64,000 nt of DNA, taken from an uncultured Alphaproteobacteria bacterium. Its GTDB lineage: Bacteria > Pseudomonadota > Alphaproteobacteria > Rhizobiales > Rhizobiaceae. The position numbers were made by a program, and so were the translations under genes. Numbering within the stretch: the first letter of the stretch is position 1; every line of letters begins with the position of its first letter. The DNA lies in contig CAWFKS010000013.1 of the NCBI GenBank assembly GCA_963816435.1, forward strand, positions 122,848 through 186,847. Reading direction: 5' to 3'. Positions 39,819 through 49,888 of this stretch are shown here, piece after piece. The notes under the pieces are model-generated. The model had not been told where the DNA came from, searched no databases, and worked only from the letters and a program-made list of their open reading frames with translations.

Positions 39819-40193
39819 ATGAGACAGAAATCCGGAACCGGGAAAACACCAGCGGAACAGGTCATCAAGGACATCCGCCGTGCGACCCGCAAGCAGTATT
39901 CCGCCGAGGAGAAGATCCGCATCGTGCTGGAGGGGCTGCGCGGCGAGGAATCGATCGCCGCGCTGTGCCGGCGCGAGGGGATCGCCGAGAGCCTGTATTA
40001 CAACTGGTCGAAGGAATTCCTGGAAGCTGGCAAGAAGCGCCTGGCCGGGGACACGGCACGCGCCGCCACCGGCGACGAGGTGAAGGTGTTGCGCAAGGAG
40101 GCCCGCGATCTCAAGGAGGTCGTCGCCGAGCAGGCGCTCGAAAAGCGGCTGCTCAAAAAAAGCATGATCGCGGATGGGGGCGACGACGAATGA
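39819..40193 (+). CDS. IS3-family transposase OrfA (HTH)
   Basis: YSAEEKIRIVLEGLRGEESIAALCRREGI is a typical IS3/IS911 OrfA sequence, with a leucine-zipper-like C-terminus. Confidence 0.9.
   Translation: MRQKSGTGKTPAEQVIKDIRRATRKQYSAEEKIRIVLEGLRGEESIAALCRREGIAESLYYNWSKEFLEAGKKRLAGDTARAATGDEVKVLRKEARDLKEVVAEQALEKRLLKKSMIADGGDDE
40155..40161 (+). promoter_or_regulatory. A7 slippery run for programmed -1 frameshift (OrfAB)
   Basis: CTC AAA AAA AGC near the end of orfA. orfB is in the -1 frame and is open across this site (..QKKHDRGW..). Confidence 0.7.
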
Positions 40194-41170
40194 GATACCG
40201 TGCATCCGAGAAGCTGGAGGTCATCCGGCTGGTCGAGAACTCCCACCTGTCGGCGCGGCGCACGTTGCAGAAGCTCGGCATTCCCCGGTCGACGTTCTAT
40301 CGCTGGTATGACCGCTTTCTTGCCGGCGGCCTCGACGCGCTGGAGGACCGCAGACCCCGGCCGAACCGGGTCTGGAACCGCATCCCCGAGGAAGTACGCG
40401 ACCAGATCGTCGAGCTGGCACTGAACGAGCCGGAGTTGTCCCCACGCGAACTGGCGGTCACCTTCACCGACACCAAGGGCTACTTCGTGTCGGAAGCCTC
40501 GGTCTATCGGCTGCTCAAGGCGCACGACCTGATCACCAGCCCGGCCTTCATCGTCATCAAGGCTGCCGACGAGTTCAAGGACAAGACGACGGCGCCGAAC
40601 CAGCTCTGGCAGACCGACTTCACCTATCTGAAGGTCATCGGCTGGGGCTGGTTCTATCTGTCGACGATCCTCGACGACTTCTCCCGCTACATCATCGCCT
40701 GGAAGCTGTGCACGACGATGAAGGCCGACGATGTCACCGACACGCTGACCCTGGCGCTGCAGGCTTCCGGCTGCGACAGCGCCAAGGTGGTGCATCGACC
40801 GCGGCTGCTCTCCGACAACGGCCCGTCCTACGTCTCGTCCGACCTCGCCGACTGGCTATCGGACCATGGCATGGATCACGCCCGCGGTGCGCCGCTTCAC
40901 CCGCAGACCCAGGGCAAGATCGAGCGCTGGCACCAGACGCTGAAGAATCGCATCCTGCTCGAAAACTACTTCCTGCCGGGCGACCTTGAGCGCCAAGTCG
41001 AAGCCTTCGTCGAGCACTACAATCACCGCCGATACCATGAGAGCCTCGGTAATCTAACTCCCGCCGACGTCTACTTCGGACGCGGCGACATCATCAGGCT
41101 GGAAAGGGAAAGGATCAAACGCGAAACCATCAGACAACGCCGCTTGCGTCATCGGGAAGCGGCCGCCTAA
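40190..41170 (+). CDS. IS3-family transposase OrfB (DDE/rve integrase core)
   Basis: The ATG overlaps the orfA stop (ATGA). DDE region WQTDFTYL...LLSDNGPSY...HPQTQGKIERWH. Confidence 0.9.
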   Translation: MRYRASEKLEVIRLVENSHLSARRTLQKLGIPRSTFYRWYDRFLAGGLDALEDRRPRPNRVWNRIPEEVRDQIVELALNEPELSPRELAVTFTDTKGYFVSEASVYRLLKAHDLITSPAFIVIKAADEFKDKTTAPNQLWQTDFTYLKVIGWGWFYLSTILDDFSRYIIAWKLCTTMKADDVTDTLTLALQASGCDSAKVVHRPRLLSDNGPSYVSSDLADWLSDHGMDHARGAPLHPQTQGKIERWHQTLKNRILLENYFLPGDLERQVEAFVEHYNHRRYHESLGNLTPADVYFGRGDIIRLERERIKRETIRQRRLRHREAAA

Positions 41171-41212
41171 AATGACAACCCTGATGGGCCAGAGCCTCCG
41201 TTAGCTCACACC

Positions 41213-41603
41213 GCAAGTTGTCCCAAAATCCCTGACGACGGACACGCCGGAGCGCATCGGCACGGCAACCACATTCAAGGAACTGCTGGCGAGAGAGCCG
41301 CTGATCCTGCCGACCGTCGAAAGCAGCATTCGGTCCGGTGCCGACGCCTTGTTCGATCGGCTTCACATACGCCCCCGCATCGCCGCTGAGGTCGACGACA
41401 TGGCGATGATCCGTCTTTTGACCCGGGAGGGCGTGGGTCTGGCCGTCGTGCCGCCGATCGTGGTCAAGGACGAGCTCGCGGCCGGTCGGCTGCTCGAAGT
41501 CGACCAGTTTCCGCAGCTCAAAGAAACCTTCTATGCTGTCACGCTTTCGCGTCGCTTCCCAAATCCTCTCCTACGAGAGCTAATCGTCGCGCCTGGTGTT
41601 TGA
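41213..41603 (+). pseudogene. LysR-family regulator, C-terminal substrate-binding fragment only
   Basis: The frame is open from 41205, immediately after the IS end. The sequence ...LILPTVESSIRSGADALFDRLHIRPRIAAEVDDMAMIRLLTREGVGLAVVP... matches a LysR effector domain. No HTH is present. Confidence 0.7.
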
Positions 41604-42174
41604 TGCGTGCGGAGTTGGAATGTCGTTGCTGGCCCTTGCGGCGCGCGAGCCTGTGAGACACGGCGCCGTCCACACGAATGCGCGGATCGTTGCCCTTCTG
41701 GATGCTGAGGTCGCAGACGTGCCGAAGAGGCCGACATCTGCGTAACGCCATCTTAGGGGGGGACAGGGCTGGCTGCGGTGACCGTTGACGGCCATTCCTG
41801 GAGTTCGCAACAGCACGAGACGCCAGTCGCTCACGAGATCCCCGGAACTTAGGGCCAATCTCCCGGAGCGAACTCTTTCCGAACGGCCAGCAGACTGGTC
41901 GCACTTCTCCTTTCCTCTATCGTCGTAACCGAAGGGGGCCGATTGCCGACAAGCGGATTCCAGCAGAGCCTCGCGGTAAGCGGGCGTCCGGCAAACGACC
42001 GCCGCTTTGCCGTTCAAACCGCCTTCGTCGACCGCCGCCATCTGCGCGCACCATCGGCTGCAGAATCTCGCCGTCAACCCCGTTGCGGCCTGGGAGGCGG
42101 ATTGTAAACCTTCGAGGAGAGGCGATGCCGGCCCCCGCTCTTAAGCCGGAGACTGGCTACGACCAAACGAGCGG

Positions 42175-42203
42175 TTGACATCGCGAGGGGCTGGCTCTAC
42201 TTA
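42175..42203 (+). promoter_or_regulatory. Sigma-70-like promoter for the cold-shock gene
   Basis: TTGACA, a 17-nt spacer, then TACTTA. The resulting 5-prime UTR would be about 140 nt, as is usual for csp genes. Confidence 0.5.
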
Positions 42204-42350
42204 TCGGAGGATCGATATTTGCTTGCTGAGCTTTGGTTATTGCGCGATTGGCACCGCGCCTGAACGATCCTCCCTTTCAAAAATCGTTATCCTGATCCGC
42301 AGCGCACTTCCGCGTTGCGGTAAACAACACATGCTATGAAAGGGTTCATC

Positions 42351-42560
42351 ATGACCACTGGCACAGTTAAATGGTTCAATCCCACCAAGGGCTTCGGTTT
42401 CATTCAGCCTGACAATGGTGGCGCTGACGCATTCGTCCATATCTCCGCCGTCGAGCGCGCCGGTATGCGCGAAATCGTTGAGGGCCAGAAGATCGGCTAC
42501 GACCTGGAGCGCGACAACAAGTCGGGCAAGATGTCGGCCTGCAATCTGCAGGCGGCGTAA
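42351..42560 (+). CDS. cspA: Cold-shock protein (CspA family)
   Basis: MTTGTVKWFNPTKGFGFIQPDNGGADAFVHISAV carries the RNP1/RNP2 motifs. Confidence 0.95.
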   Translation: MTTGTVKWFNPTKGFGFIQPDNGGADAFVHISAVERAGMREIVEGQKIGYDLERDNKSGKMSACNLQAA

Positions 42561-42623
42561 GTCGGTATCAGCTCTCCCTTGACCACGGATGTACTGGCAT
42601 TGTCGAGAGCATGAGACTGAGAA

Positions 42624-42651
42624 AGGTCAGGCATTTGCCTGGCCTTTTTTT
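42624..42651 (+). terminator. Rho-independent terminator
   Basis: AGGTCAGGCA-tt-TGCCTGGCCT followed by T7. Confidence 0.8.
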
Positions 42652-42688
42652 GTTGCCGCTCGTTGTCAGGCGAGCCGGAAGGACGATC

Positions 42689-42946
42689 ATGACGCAACAC
42701 AGCAAGTCGCGCCAACAGGCGGAGAGCGCCTTTGCGAAGAGCAAATCGCAGTTCCTGGCGCGAACCCGCGCCGTCGAACCCGACATGATGGCTAGGGCTC
42801 GAAAGGAAAAGACTTTGCGTCTGAAGAATGCCCCCCTGGCAAAGCAAGCGGATGAATGCGCGAGGGCAACTGCCGCGCAGATCTCAAAGCGACCCATCAG
42901 GACCGAAGCCCAGCGTGATGAGACTTCAACAGGAACACAGATTTGA
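42689..42946 (+). CDS. Small conserved hypothetical protein (85 aa, basic, helical)
   Basis: MTQHSKSRQQAESAFAKSKSQFLARTRAVE...EKTLRLKNAPLAKQA. It resembles small proteins common next to csp genes in Rhizobiales (from memory). Confidence 0.5.
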   Translation: MTQHSKSRQQAESAFAKSKSQFLARTRAVEPDMMARARKEKTLRLKNAPLAKQADECARATAAQISKRPIRTEAQRDETSTGTQI

Positions 42947-43323
42947 AAAACACCAGAGACAATGATCTCTCCGATCGCCGTGCCGCCGCTGCCGACGCGA
43001 AGGCGGCTCTCCTCCAGGCTTATCGTGCCGCCAAGGAAGCCGCTGAGCCGACCCGGCTCGCACGGCAGGAAATACGCATCGCGGCAGCCGAGGCCCGGGA
43101 AGAACGGCGTGCCGAGCGTGAACGGCTGAAGCTCGAGGAGCGCGAGCGCGTTCAGGCCGAAGCGGCCGAACGTCAGGCAGCCGCCGATGCTGCCGCCAGA
43201 GCTGAAGTCGAAGCACGTGAGAAGGCTGAGAAAGACCGCATCTCTCGCGTCATCGAGGATGAGACCGCCCGAAAGGCCGCACGCGATCTGCGCTACGCCA
43301 ATAGAAAGGCGCGACAGAAATAA
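42943..43323 (+). CDS. Ala/Glu/Arg-rich small protein (DUF6481-like)
   Basis: The TTG start overlaps the upstream stop. Charged coiled-coil composition (AAEAREERRAERERLKLEERERVQAEAAERQ). Confidence 0.5.
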   Translation: MKNTRDNDLSDRRAAAADAKAALLQAYRAAKEAAEPTRLARQEIRIAAAEAREERRAERERLKLEERERVQAEAAERQAAADAAARAEVEAREKAEKDRISRVIEDETARKAARDLRYANRKARQK

Positions 43324-43473
43324 CGACCTCACCCGTCCCCGGACATTTGGCCGTTCTGTCCCAGACGACGGATAAGATCGACAAGCCTTCCGCTTCGGGG
43401 CGTGGTATTCTCCATATGCGCGGGCGACCTCGTGGCGAAGCGCGGTGCATCGGCTGAAGCGCCGCCGGGCAGC

Positions 43474-44708
43474 CTATTCAAGCCTTGCCGGATTGAGGCG
43501 CCCGCGCGCCCTTGCTTTGGGCGGGCGCGGGCGCCAGGAGCCGACGAAGCGCTCGTAGCTCTCTGGGCCTTTCGGGCGATGTTCATCTCCTGATGCCGCA
43601 GTTCCTTGACGTGGTAGGCATAGGTCGGACCTCGCGAGTTCCCCTTCTTCTGTGGCTTCCCGGCTTGCAGCTCCATGCTTCGCACCTTGTGAGCCACCAG
43701 GCTGGGTCGCGCCCACAGATAGTCCCTCTCCTTCGTGAGCATGTGCCAGACAAGAACGGCCAGCTTGCGCGCCACAGCGACTGCGGCACTGATGCCCACG
43801 CCGGGCTCGAACTCGAACGAAGAAGGCATGCAGTGGGCCAGGTGCTTTCGCCGACGCCCAGGCCGCTTCGACAAGCATGGCGCGGGCATGGCTGCGCCCG
43901 ACCTTGCTGATGCGCCCATGGTGGGCGGCGCCGAGGCCGGACTGACGCACCGAGGATTGAGACCGAAGTAGCTGACCAGCTTCTGCGGGGACCTGAAGCG
44001 GGCGATATCGCCTATCGCCGCCATCAGTTCGACCGCCACCGTCAGATTGACGCCGGTGATGGTCAGAAGTCGTCTGACCGCTACGTCATCGAGGCTGCTC
44101 TCGGCAATCTCCCTGTCAAGGATCGCCAGGTCTTCGGCAAGCCGATCCAGTTCGCGCACATGCCGCTCGATCGCAACACGTTCATCATTGGGGACCGGCT
44201 GGCGCATCAGCCAAGCGCGGCCGCGACCATTGAACAGATCAGCGTGCGGGCACTTCGGTATAAGATGAGCATGCAGGATCGAATGCACTTCGTTCTTGAT
44301 CCGCGTGCGATGTCGCACGACCTGGTAGCGGCGAGCAGACAGCCTGCGCATCCGCTCGGTGGCGGCATCCGGTGTCCATATCTCCGGCAGATAGCCGGCC
44401 GCATGCAGGCTTGCCAACGTGCCCGCATCGATCTTGTCGGTCTTTACATGGGCATGGGCAATCGCCTTCACCTGTAGCGGATTGGCGATCACTACCCGCT
44501 TCACGAACGGCGACAGCACCCGTGACACCGCCATGCAGTTGCCGGTCGCCTCGATCACCACCTCGTCCGTGGCTAAAAGGCTCTTGCCGAAGCCTTCCAG
44601 CGCTGTCCGGGTCATGTCGACACGGCCACCATGGCGAAGCTTGCCTTCTTCCCAGAAAACCACCTCGCCGAAGGTGCGGTGGATATCCATTCCGATAACG
44701 CGTCGCAT
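43474..44708 (-). mobile_element. IS110-family element; transposase disrupted by about three frame changes (ends undetermined)
   Basis: The N-terminal DEDD domain is intact (MRRVIGMDIHRTFGEV...IEATGNCM...KTDKIDA). The C-terminal domain alternates between two frames near 43955, 43790 and 43560 (pieces in ORFs 43329..44708 and 43474..43950). Confidence 0.8.
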
Positions 44709-45534
44709 AAGCGCCTCCTGTCCATCAGCTTGACGACGGGAGCGGCGGGCGACACGACAACTACGGATTCGCGCTCTCAGCGCAACCGGGCGAGTCGCAG
44801 AGGCGGCCAGCTACTAACACGAGCTCGCAGCTCATCGTGTGGATCGGCCTGCCCGCACCTTCGTGCTCCCGGTGCCTCTGTCCCGGATGGTCGCACCATA
44901 CGCCTCGGGCAACAAAACCGAAGCCTGACTTCGGCACCAGGAATCTTATACCGGTTACTAACTTGGTCCGATCGCCGGCGCTTGCCCTGGGACACGCGAA
45001 CCGCACCGATGTGGGAAATGGCCGCACTAGGTTTTGCAAATCTGAAAACTGCAGGCAGCAATCGGCCCGGTCCGGCGGTCGGCTTCGATCCAACTGATCG
45101 CGGCGGGAAATGATGGATGGCCTGCCCTCGGTCTGCAAGTGAATGTCGAATGGCTTGTGCAGTCTGCATCAATGTATCCGGTCTCTTGTGAGGGCTCGCC
45201 CTCGGACCACGATGGAGATTCGCGCGCCTGAGTCCTCATAATTCCTCGGCCGCTGACGGGCTTCATTTCCCTCGGGTTCCCTCAGGTTGTGAACCGGCGC
45301 GTTGGAATGGTCCCGGCGAAGCGAGCCAATACAAGAAGTTAGAGTGCCGATCGGCGTCGGACCCCACGCCGATTCACACACCATCGGGACGCCTCGTCGT
45401 GTGCGGCACCTTGCCCGCTTGACCTAGCGCAATGTGCCCGCGCGTGGGGGCCTTTTTCATCTAAGAGCATGGCAAACTTCCGGAGCAGGACGTTCATGCG
45501 GCTGGATTGCTCGCAATATGGAGAGGGACCGGGC

Positions 45535-46764
45535 ATGAATGGTGCTGGCACGAGAATCATTCGAGGTGGACTGCTTGCCGTCGGCCTGGTTGTGGTCGCG
45601 ATCGCAGGATGGCTCGGCGCCGCAGTTTCCAATTATGGCCCGGAATATGTTCGCAGGGTTCTGGTCTGGCAGGAGTCGGATCAGGGCGACTACAGCAATC
45701 ATTTTCCACAGCGGCGGCTCTCTGCTTCGCCGCAGCCCGTGCCATTCGCGCCGGCGCCCGACCAGAGTGCTCCCGAGAAGTTCGCGGCGGCGTTCGGCCT
45801 CGATGATCTTTCTGGCTTCCTTTCACGAACGCGGACCGAAGCGCTTCTCGTGATCAGGAACGACCGGCTGGTTTGGGAGAGCTATGGCGCCGGGGCGACG
45901 CGCAACTCTTTGCTCACGTCGTTCTCGGTGGCGAAGTCATTCGTCTCGATGCTCATCGGCATCGCTATTGGCGAGGGCAAGATTGCCAGCGTCGACGATC
46001 CAGTGACGAAATATCTACCTGAACTTGCCGCGCGCGACGATCGCTTCTCGGCGATCACCATCCGCGATCTGCTGACGATGTCGTCGGGGCTCGACTACGC
46101 CGAGCGACGGTGGGGCCTGTTCGGCGGCGACGATCCGCTGACCACCTACTATCCCGACCAGCGCTGGATATCACTCAACAACACGCACATTGTCAGGCCG
46201 CCGGGCGAGGTGTTCAGCTACAATAAATACCACCCACAGCTACTCGGCATGATCCTGGAGCGCACGACCGGGATGTCTGTGACGCAATACACGCAGACGA
46301 AGCTTTGGGACCCCCTCGGCATGGAGTTCGACGGATCGTGGAGCCTCGACAGCGAGAAGAGCGGCTTCGAGAAGATGGAGGCGGGGCTCAACGCCCGCGC
46401 CGTCGACTTCGCCAAGTTCGGCCGGCTCTTTCTGGATGGTGGCCGAGTAGGCGGCGTCCAGGTGGTGTCGGAGGCGTGGATGCAGGCAGCAACCGCCCGC
46501 GACCCGGCCCTGCAACGCGCAGACTACTATCCGCAGGGCTGGCCGCAGACGATCTACGCCGGCGGGCACGGCTTCTATGGGTTCTTCGTCTATGGTCGCT
46601 CGCGCAGCGGGGCGTCAGCGGATTTCTTCGCGGAAGGCGACCATGGGCAGTTCATCTACATCTCGCCGGCCAAACGGCTAGTCATCGTGCGGCTCGGGCT
46701 GGAGTTCGGCATTCCAAGTGGGCAATGGGTCGACGGCTTCTACGCATTTGCGTCGGCAATGTAG
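45535..46764 (+). CDS. Membrane-anchored serine hydrolase (beta-lactamase/esterase family)
   Basis: N-terminal TM helix, SxxK motif (SVAKS) and YxN-like region. GGAGAGGGA Shine-Dalgarno before ATG 45535. Confidence 0.8.
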   Translation: MNGAGTRIIRGGLLAVGLVVVAIAGWLGAAVSNYGPEYVRRVLVWQESDQGDYSNHFPQRRLSASPQPVPFAPAPDQSAPEKFAAAFGLDDLSGFLSRTRTEALLVIRNDRLVWESYGAGATRNSLLTSFSVAKSFVSMLIGIAIGEGKIASVDDPVTKYLPELAARDDRFSAITIRDLLTMSSGLDYAERRWGLFGGDDPLTTYYPDQRWISLNNTHIVRPPGEVFSYNKYHPQLLGMILERTTGMSVTQYTQTKLWDPLGMEFDGSWSLDSEKSGFEKMEAGLNARAVDFAKFGRLFLDGGRVGGVQVVSEAWMQAATARDPALQRADYYPQGWPQTIYAGGHGFYGFFVYGRSRSGASADFFAEGDHGQFIYISPAKRLVIVRLGLEFGIPSGQWVDGFYAFASAM

Positions 46765-47008
46765 TGGGTTCCTTTACCGGTTTGGTCGGCGGCCGAACGG
46801 CCGCTCTCAGAGGCGGGAAAATTTGCCTGAACGACTGAGATGCGGCGCGCGTTGCCGCCGCGGCTCATTGAGCCGGTGAAAGGCAGCTTTCCACAGGTAG
46901 TTTCTCGAAACCTGCCAGTTGGCCTCCCATCCGCACGGTGGTCGAAGCAATGCGGTATTCCGCGTTTCAAAAGCGGCCATCCACGCTGCGTCGGATGGCC
47001 GCTCAACG

Positions 47009-47641
47009 TCAGATCTCGGTTCGCTCGGCCAGGAGGAGCGCGTCCTCTACATCGACGCCGAGGTAGCGCACCGTGTTCTCGATCTTGGAGTGACCAAGCA
47101 GGATCTGAATTGCGCGGATGTTTGCCGTCGCCTTGTAGATCATCGATGCCTTCGTGCGTCGGAGCGAGTGTGTTCCATACTCTTCAGGACGCAGGCCGAT
47201 CGCGGTCACCCATTCGTCGACGAGGCGTGCATACTGCCTCGTACTCATGTGGCGTGAGTGATTGACCCGGCTCGGGAACACATAGTCCTGGACCGAGCCT
47301 CCTCGTCGTTCGAGCCAAGCCAGAAGGCTGGCTCTCACGTCGCTGGTAATCTCGAACTGGACCGGCCGCCCCGTCTTTTGCTGAACCACGATCGCCCGGG
47401 TCCTGATCTCTGCCCCGGCGACCACATCGCGAATCCTGATCTTGACCAAGTCACAGCCGCGAAGCTTGCTGTCGATTGCCAGATCGAACAGTGCACGGTC
47501 CCGAACGCGTCTCTCGCGGTCGAGGAAGAAGCGAATTGCCCAGATCTGCTTCTGGGTGAACGGGCCCTTGGTGCCAACCTTCTTTCCGGCATTCCAAGCT
47601 GTGCGTTCGCGACTAGCATCATCGAGTTGAGAATGGCCCAT
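47009..47641 (-). CDS. Tyrosine-type site-specific recombinase (short, catalytic domain only)
   Basis: Catalytic residues in context: LRGCDL (Arg), HSLRRT (His-x-x-Arg), LGHSKIENTVRYL (His...Tyr). Confidence 0.85.
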   Translation of the reverse strand: MGHSQLDDASRERTAWNAGKKVGTKGPFTQKQIWAIRFFLDRERRVRDRALFDLAIDSKLRGCDLVKIRIRDVVAGAEIRTRAIVVQQKTGRPVQFEITSDVRASLLAWLERRGGSVQDYVFPSRVNHSRHMSTRQYARLVDEWVTAIGLRPEEYGTHSLRRTKASMIYKATANIRAIQILLGHSKIENTVRYLGVDVEDALLLAERTEI

Positions 47642-47899
47642 GTGAGTTCTCCTTGGCCTTGATTGGCCGAGAGAGAAACAAAATTGTAGGCACTATCTGT
47701 CACTTGGCGGCTTGTGGTGAGCTGAGCTCGGTGGTGGCCGAATCCAGATCTTTGTCTGCTGGCATCTGCCCTGTCTCGACCGTTCACGTATTCGCACGAA
47801 TAATCTGAAGGCGGTCGTTTCGTGGCCCACGGAATTTCCAGTTGGGGCGTGCGTGAGTAGCTGCGCAGCCGAGAGCTCGCGCAGCCGACACTATCCCTT

Positions 47900-48643
47900 T
47901 CAGTCCCCCGTTCCGGCCACGCGCTCTTCGCGTTGCCCGCGCATCAGCAGCACATCGGCCCACAGCCATAGCAGGAAACAGAAGAAGGTGATCGCGGGCA
48001 GTGCCGCGTCAGTCGGTGGCGCGCCCTGGCTTGCGAGTCTCGCCACGTCGATTGCCAGCGAGGCGAGCGATGGAAGGCGGCTCACCACGACGGCCCCACG
48101 AAGCGCCGACAACAGCCAAAGCGGCGCGGTGCGGGGAAGCACTGCCGTCCCGAGCTTTCCGCCTGCCAGCAGCGTCCCGGCAACGAGGGCCAGCAAGACG
48201 TCTCCGAAGTTCGCCAGCGCCGCCGTCAGTGCCAGCGCGGCAATGGCCGACAACAGGTCACCCAGCCTTATCAGCCGCCGGTCGACATGTCCGCGCTCCG
48301 CCGATGCACGATGATAGGCTTCGCCGGAAAACATGAAGATGATGATGGCGAGCGTCAGAAAGCTCGCGCCGCTGCTGCCGAACAAATAGTTGGTGATGGC
48401 TTCGCCCAAGCCTTCGCCGCGCTGCGCCGAGAGAATCTGCACGGTCACCCCGCTCATCAGCGCAATGACGTTTCCCAAGTTGTATATGCCGCCGGGACCT
48501 GCGAGCCGTCGTGTCAGCGCGCTCCCCAAGGACCTTGCGGCCGCAATCTCTCCGGCTGCTCCCGAGAGACCGGTTGGAAAGGTCCGGACGCCTTGTGCAT
48601 TCGGCTCTCGGGTGCGTCCCAGTGGTTGAGGATGTCGTTGCAT
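47900..48643 (-). CDS. Polytopic membrane protein, unknown function
   Basis: Five to six hydrophobic helices. Strong AAGGAGA Shine-Dalgarno before ATG 48643. No family recognised. Confidence 0.7.
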   Translation of the reverse strand: MQRHPQPLGRTREPNAQGVRTFPTGLSGAAGEIAAARSLGSALTRRLAGPGGIYNLGNVIALMSGVTVQILSAQRGEGLGEAITNYLFGSSGASFLTLAIIIFMFSGEAYHRASAERGHVDRRLIRLGDLLSAIAALALTAALANFGDVLLALVAGTLLAGGKLGTAVLPRTAPLWLLSALRGAVVVSRLPSLASLAIDVARLASQGAPPTDAALPAITFFCFLLWLWADVLLMRGQREERVAGTGD

Positions 48644-48767
48644 CGAAATTCTCCTTCATGACGGCGGCCGTCGCCGCGGGCGTCCCGCGCGTTCGCGCCC
48701 TGTTTCTGATCCATTGGTTCGAAGTCGCCGCGGCGGTGCCGGTGAATGCGGCTTGGAGATGTCCCCG

Positions 48768-49736
48768 TCAGAGCCGGAAATGCGTCTCCGCGCACACGAC
48801 CACCTTCCCGTCCGAGCCACGGCGCCCGTAGGAAGTCACGATCACGCTCGGCTTCGGCGCCGTGCACCACACCGAGGAACGGCAAAGAACGTCGAGGCGG
48901 TCGCCGCTATCGAGATTGCCGAAGAAGTGCAGCCGGCGATCGACAATCGGCAGCGCAGCCACCAAGGCCGGCAGGGCGTTCGCCTCGCTTTCGACGATGA
49001 AGTCGTGGAGAACCGCAAAATAGACGAGGCCGACACCATTGAGATGAAGTGACCGCTTGATCGGGAAGGTCATGTGGGCCGGAGCCTTGTCCCCTTCCGC
49101 TGTCCATCTTGCAGAAGCGCCGAGCCTCCGAAACATGGCGGCTCGTCGCGCTTCCTTGCCCGCGCGAGCCGGCGCGAATTCCGTAGGCATGTCCGCTATC
49201 TCAAGGTCGCGGTTCGAATTCCCGTTCCTGCGCGCGAAGGCGGTGACAATCTCGACGGTCAGCAGCGCGCCATTCGTCCCGGCGAGACGCGTGCGGCTCA
49301 GCCATCCGTTCGCGGCAAACGGCGCCTGGACGAGTTCCAGCCGCACGTCGTCGTCCTCATGGAAATGCTCCGTCTGGCCGTGGATTCCGCACGCCACCAC
49401 CGAGGCCATGGCCCGCGCGCCGGTACGGTCGCGCAGCTCGCCGGGCGAGGTTCCGAGCTGGCGCGAAATCGCCCACCAGTGAAGGTGGCCGGCCTCGCGC
49501 AGGAGCCACGAGCGGCGCACCCCTTCCGTGCCGAGATGAGGCATGCCGAGCCGAAACTGCCGGGGTTCGATCGTTTCGGGTTCCGGATCGGAGCGCAGAA
49601 CGGGCGTGCAGTCGCGGATTGTCTTACTGGGCGCGTTTCGTTCCAGCGATGTGGTGGCGACGAACGCCGTTGCGGCCCGTTCGTCGTCGGTGCGTTGCGC
49701 GCTAGTTCGCCGATCGACTTCTGACATTGCTTGCAT
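48768..49736 (-). CDS. Hypothetical protein, possibly double hot-dog fold (LnmK / Pnap_2097-like)
   Basis: GAGGAG Shine-Dalgarno before ATG 49736. The N-terminal FRLGMPHLGTEGVRRSWLLREAGHLHWW resembles the start of LnmK-type proteins (from memory). Two repeat-like halves of about 140 aa each. Confidence 0.45.
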   Translation of the reverse strand: MQAMSEVDRRTSAQRTDDERAATAFVATTSLERNAPSKTIRDCTPVLRSDPEPETIEPRQFRLGMPHLGTEGVRRSWLLREAGHLHWWAISRQLGTSPGELRDRTGARAMASVVACGIHGQTEHFHEDDDVRLELVQAPFAANGWLSRTRLAGTNGALLTVEIVTAFARRNGNSNRDLEIADMPTEFAPARAGKEARRAAMFRRLGASARWTAEGDKAPAHMTFPIKRSLHLNGVGLVYFAVLHDFIVESEANALPALVAALPIVDRRLHFFGNLDSGDRLDVLCRSSVWCTAPKPSVIVTSYGRRGSDGKVVVCAETHFRL

Positions 49737-49888
49737 TGCTCGCTCCTCTCGGTTGAAGCCGGACCTTGATGGTCGGCATGGAGCGAGAATTGCGGGCTGG
49801 GCGTCAGACGAAGGTCAACGCAGCGTCAATGCGCCGCAAATTGCGCATGCAGGCAGGAAAAAAATGCGCAACAAGCGCGACGGGTCGA

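Larger units (their letters stand above)
39771..41210 (+). mobile_element. IS3-family insertion sequence (ends approximate)
   Basis: orfA and orfB are in a -1 arrangement. The ends carry imperfect inverted repeats TGAGGACGGAGGATTTCTGG (left) and the reverse complement of CCAGAGCCTCCGTTAGCTCACA (right). Truncated genes lie on both flanks. Confidence 0.75.

Noticed and set aside
41580-42077. 165-aa minus-strand ORF between the LysR fragment and cspA.
   Set aside because: No Shine-Dalgarno or recognisable domain, and junk-like composition. It overlaps the predicted csp promoter region.
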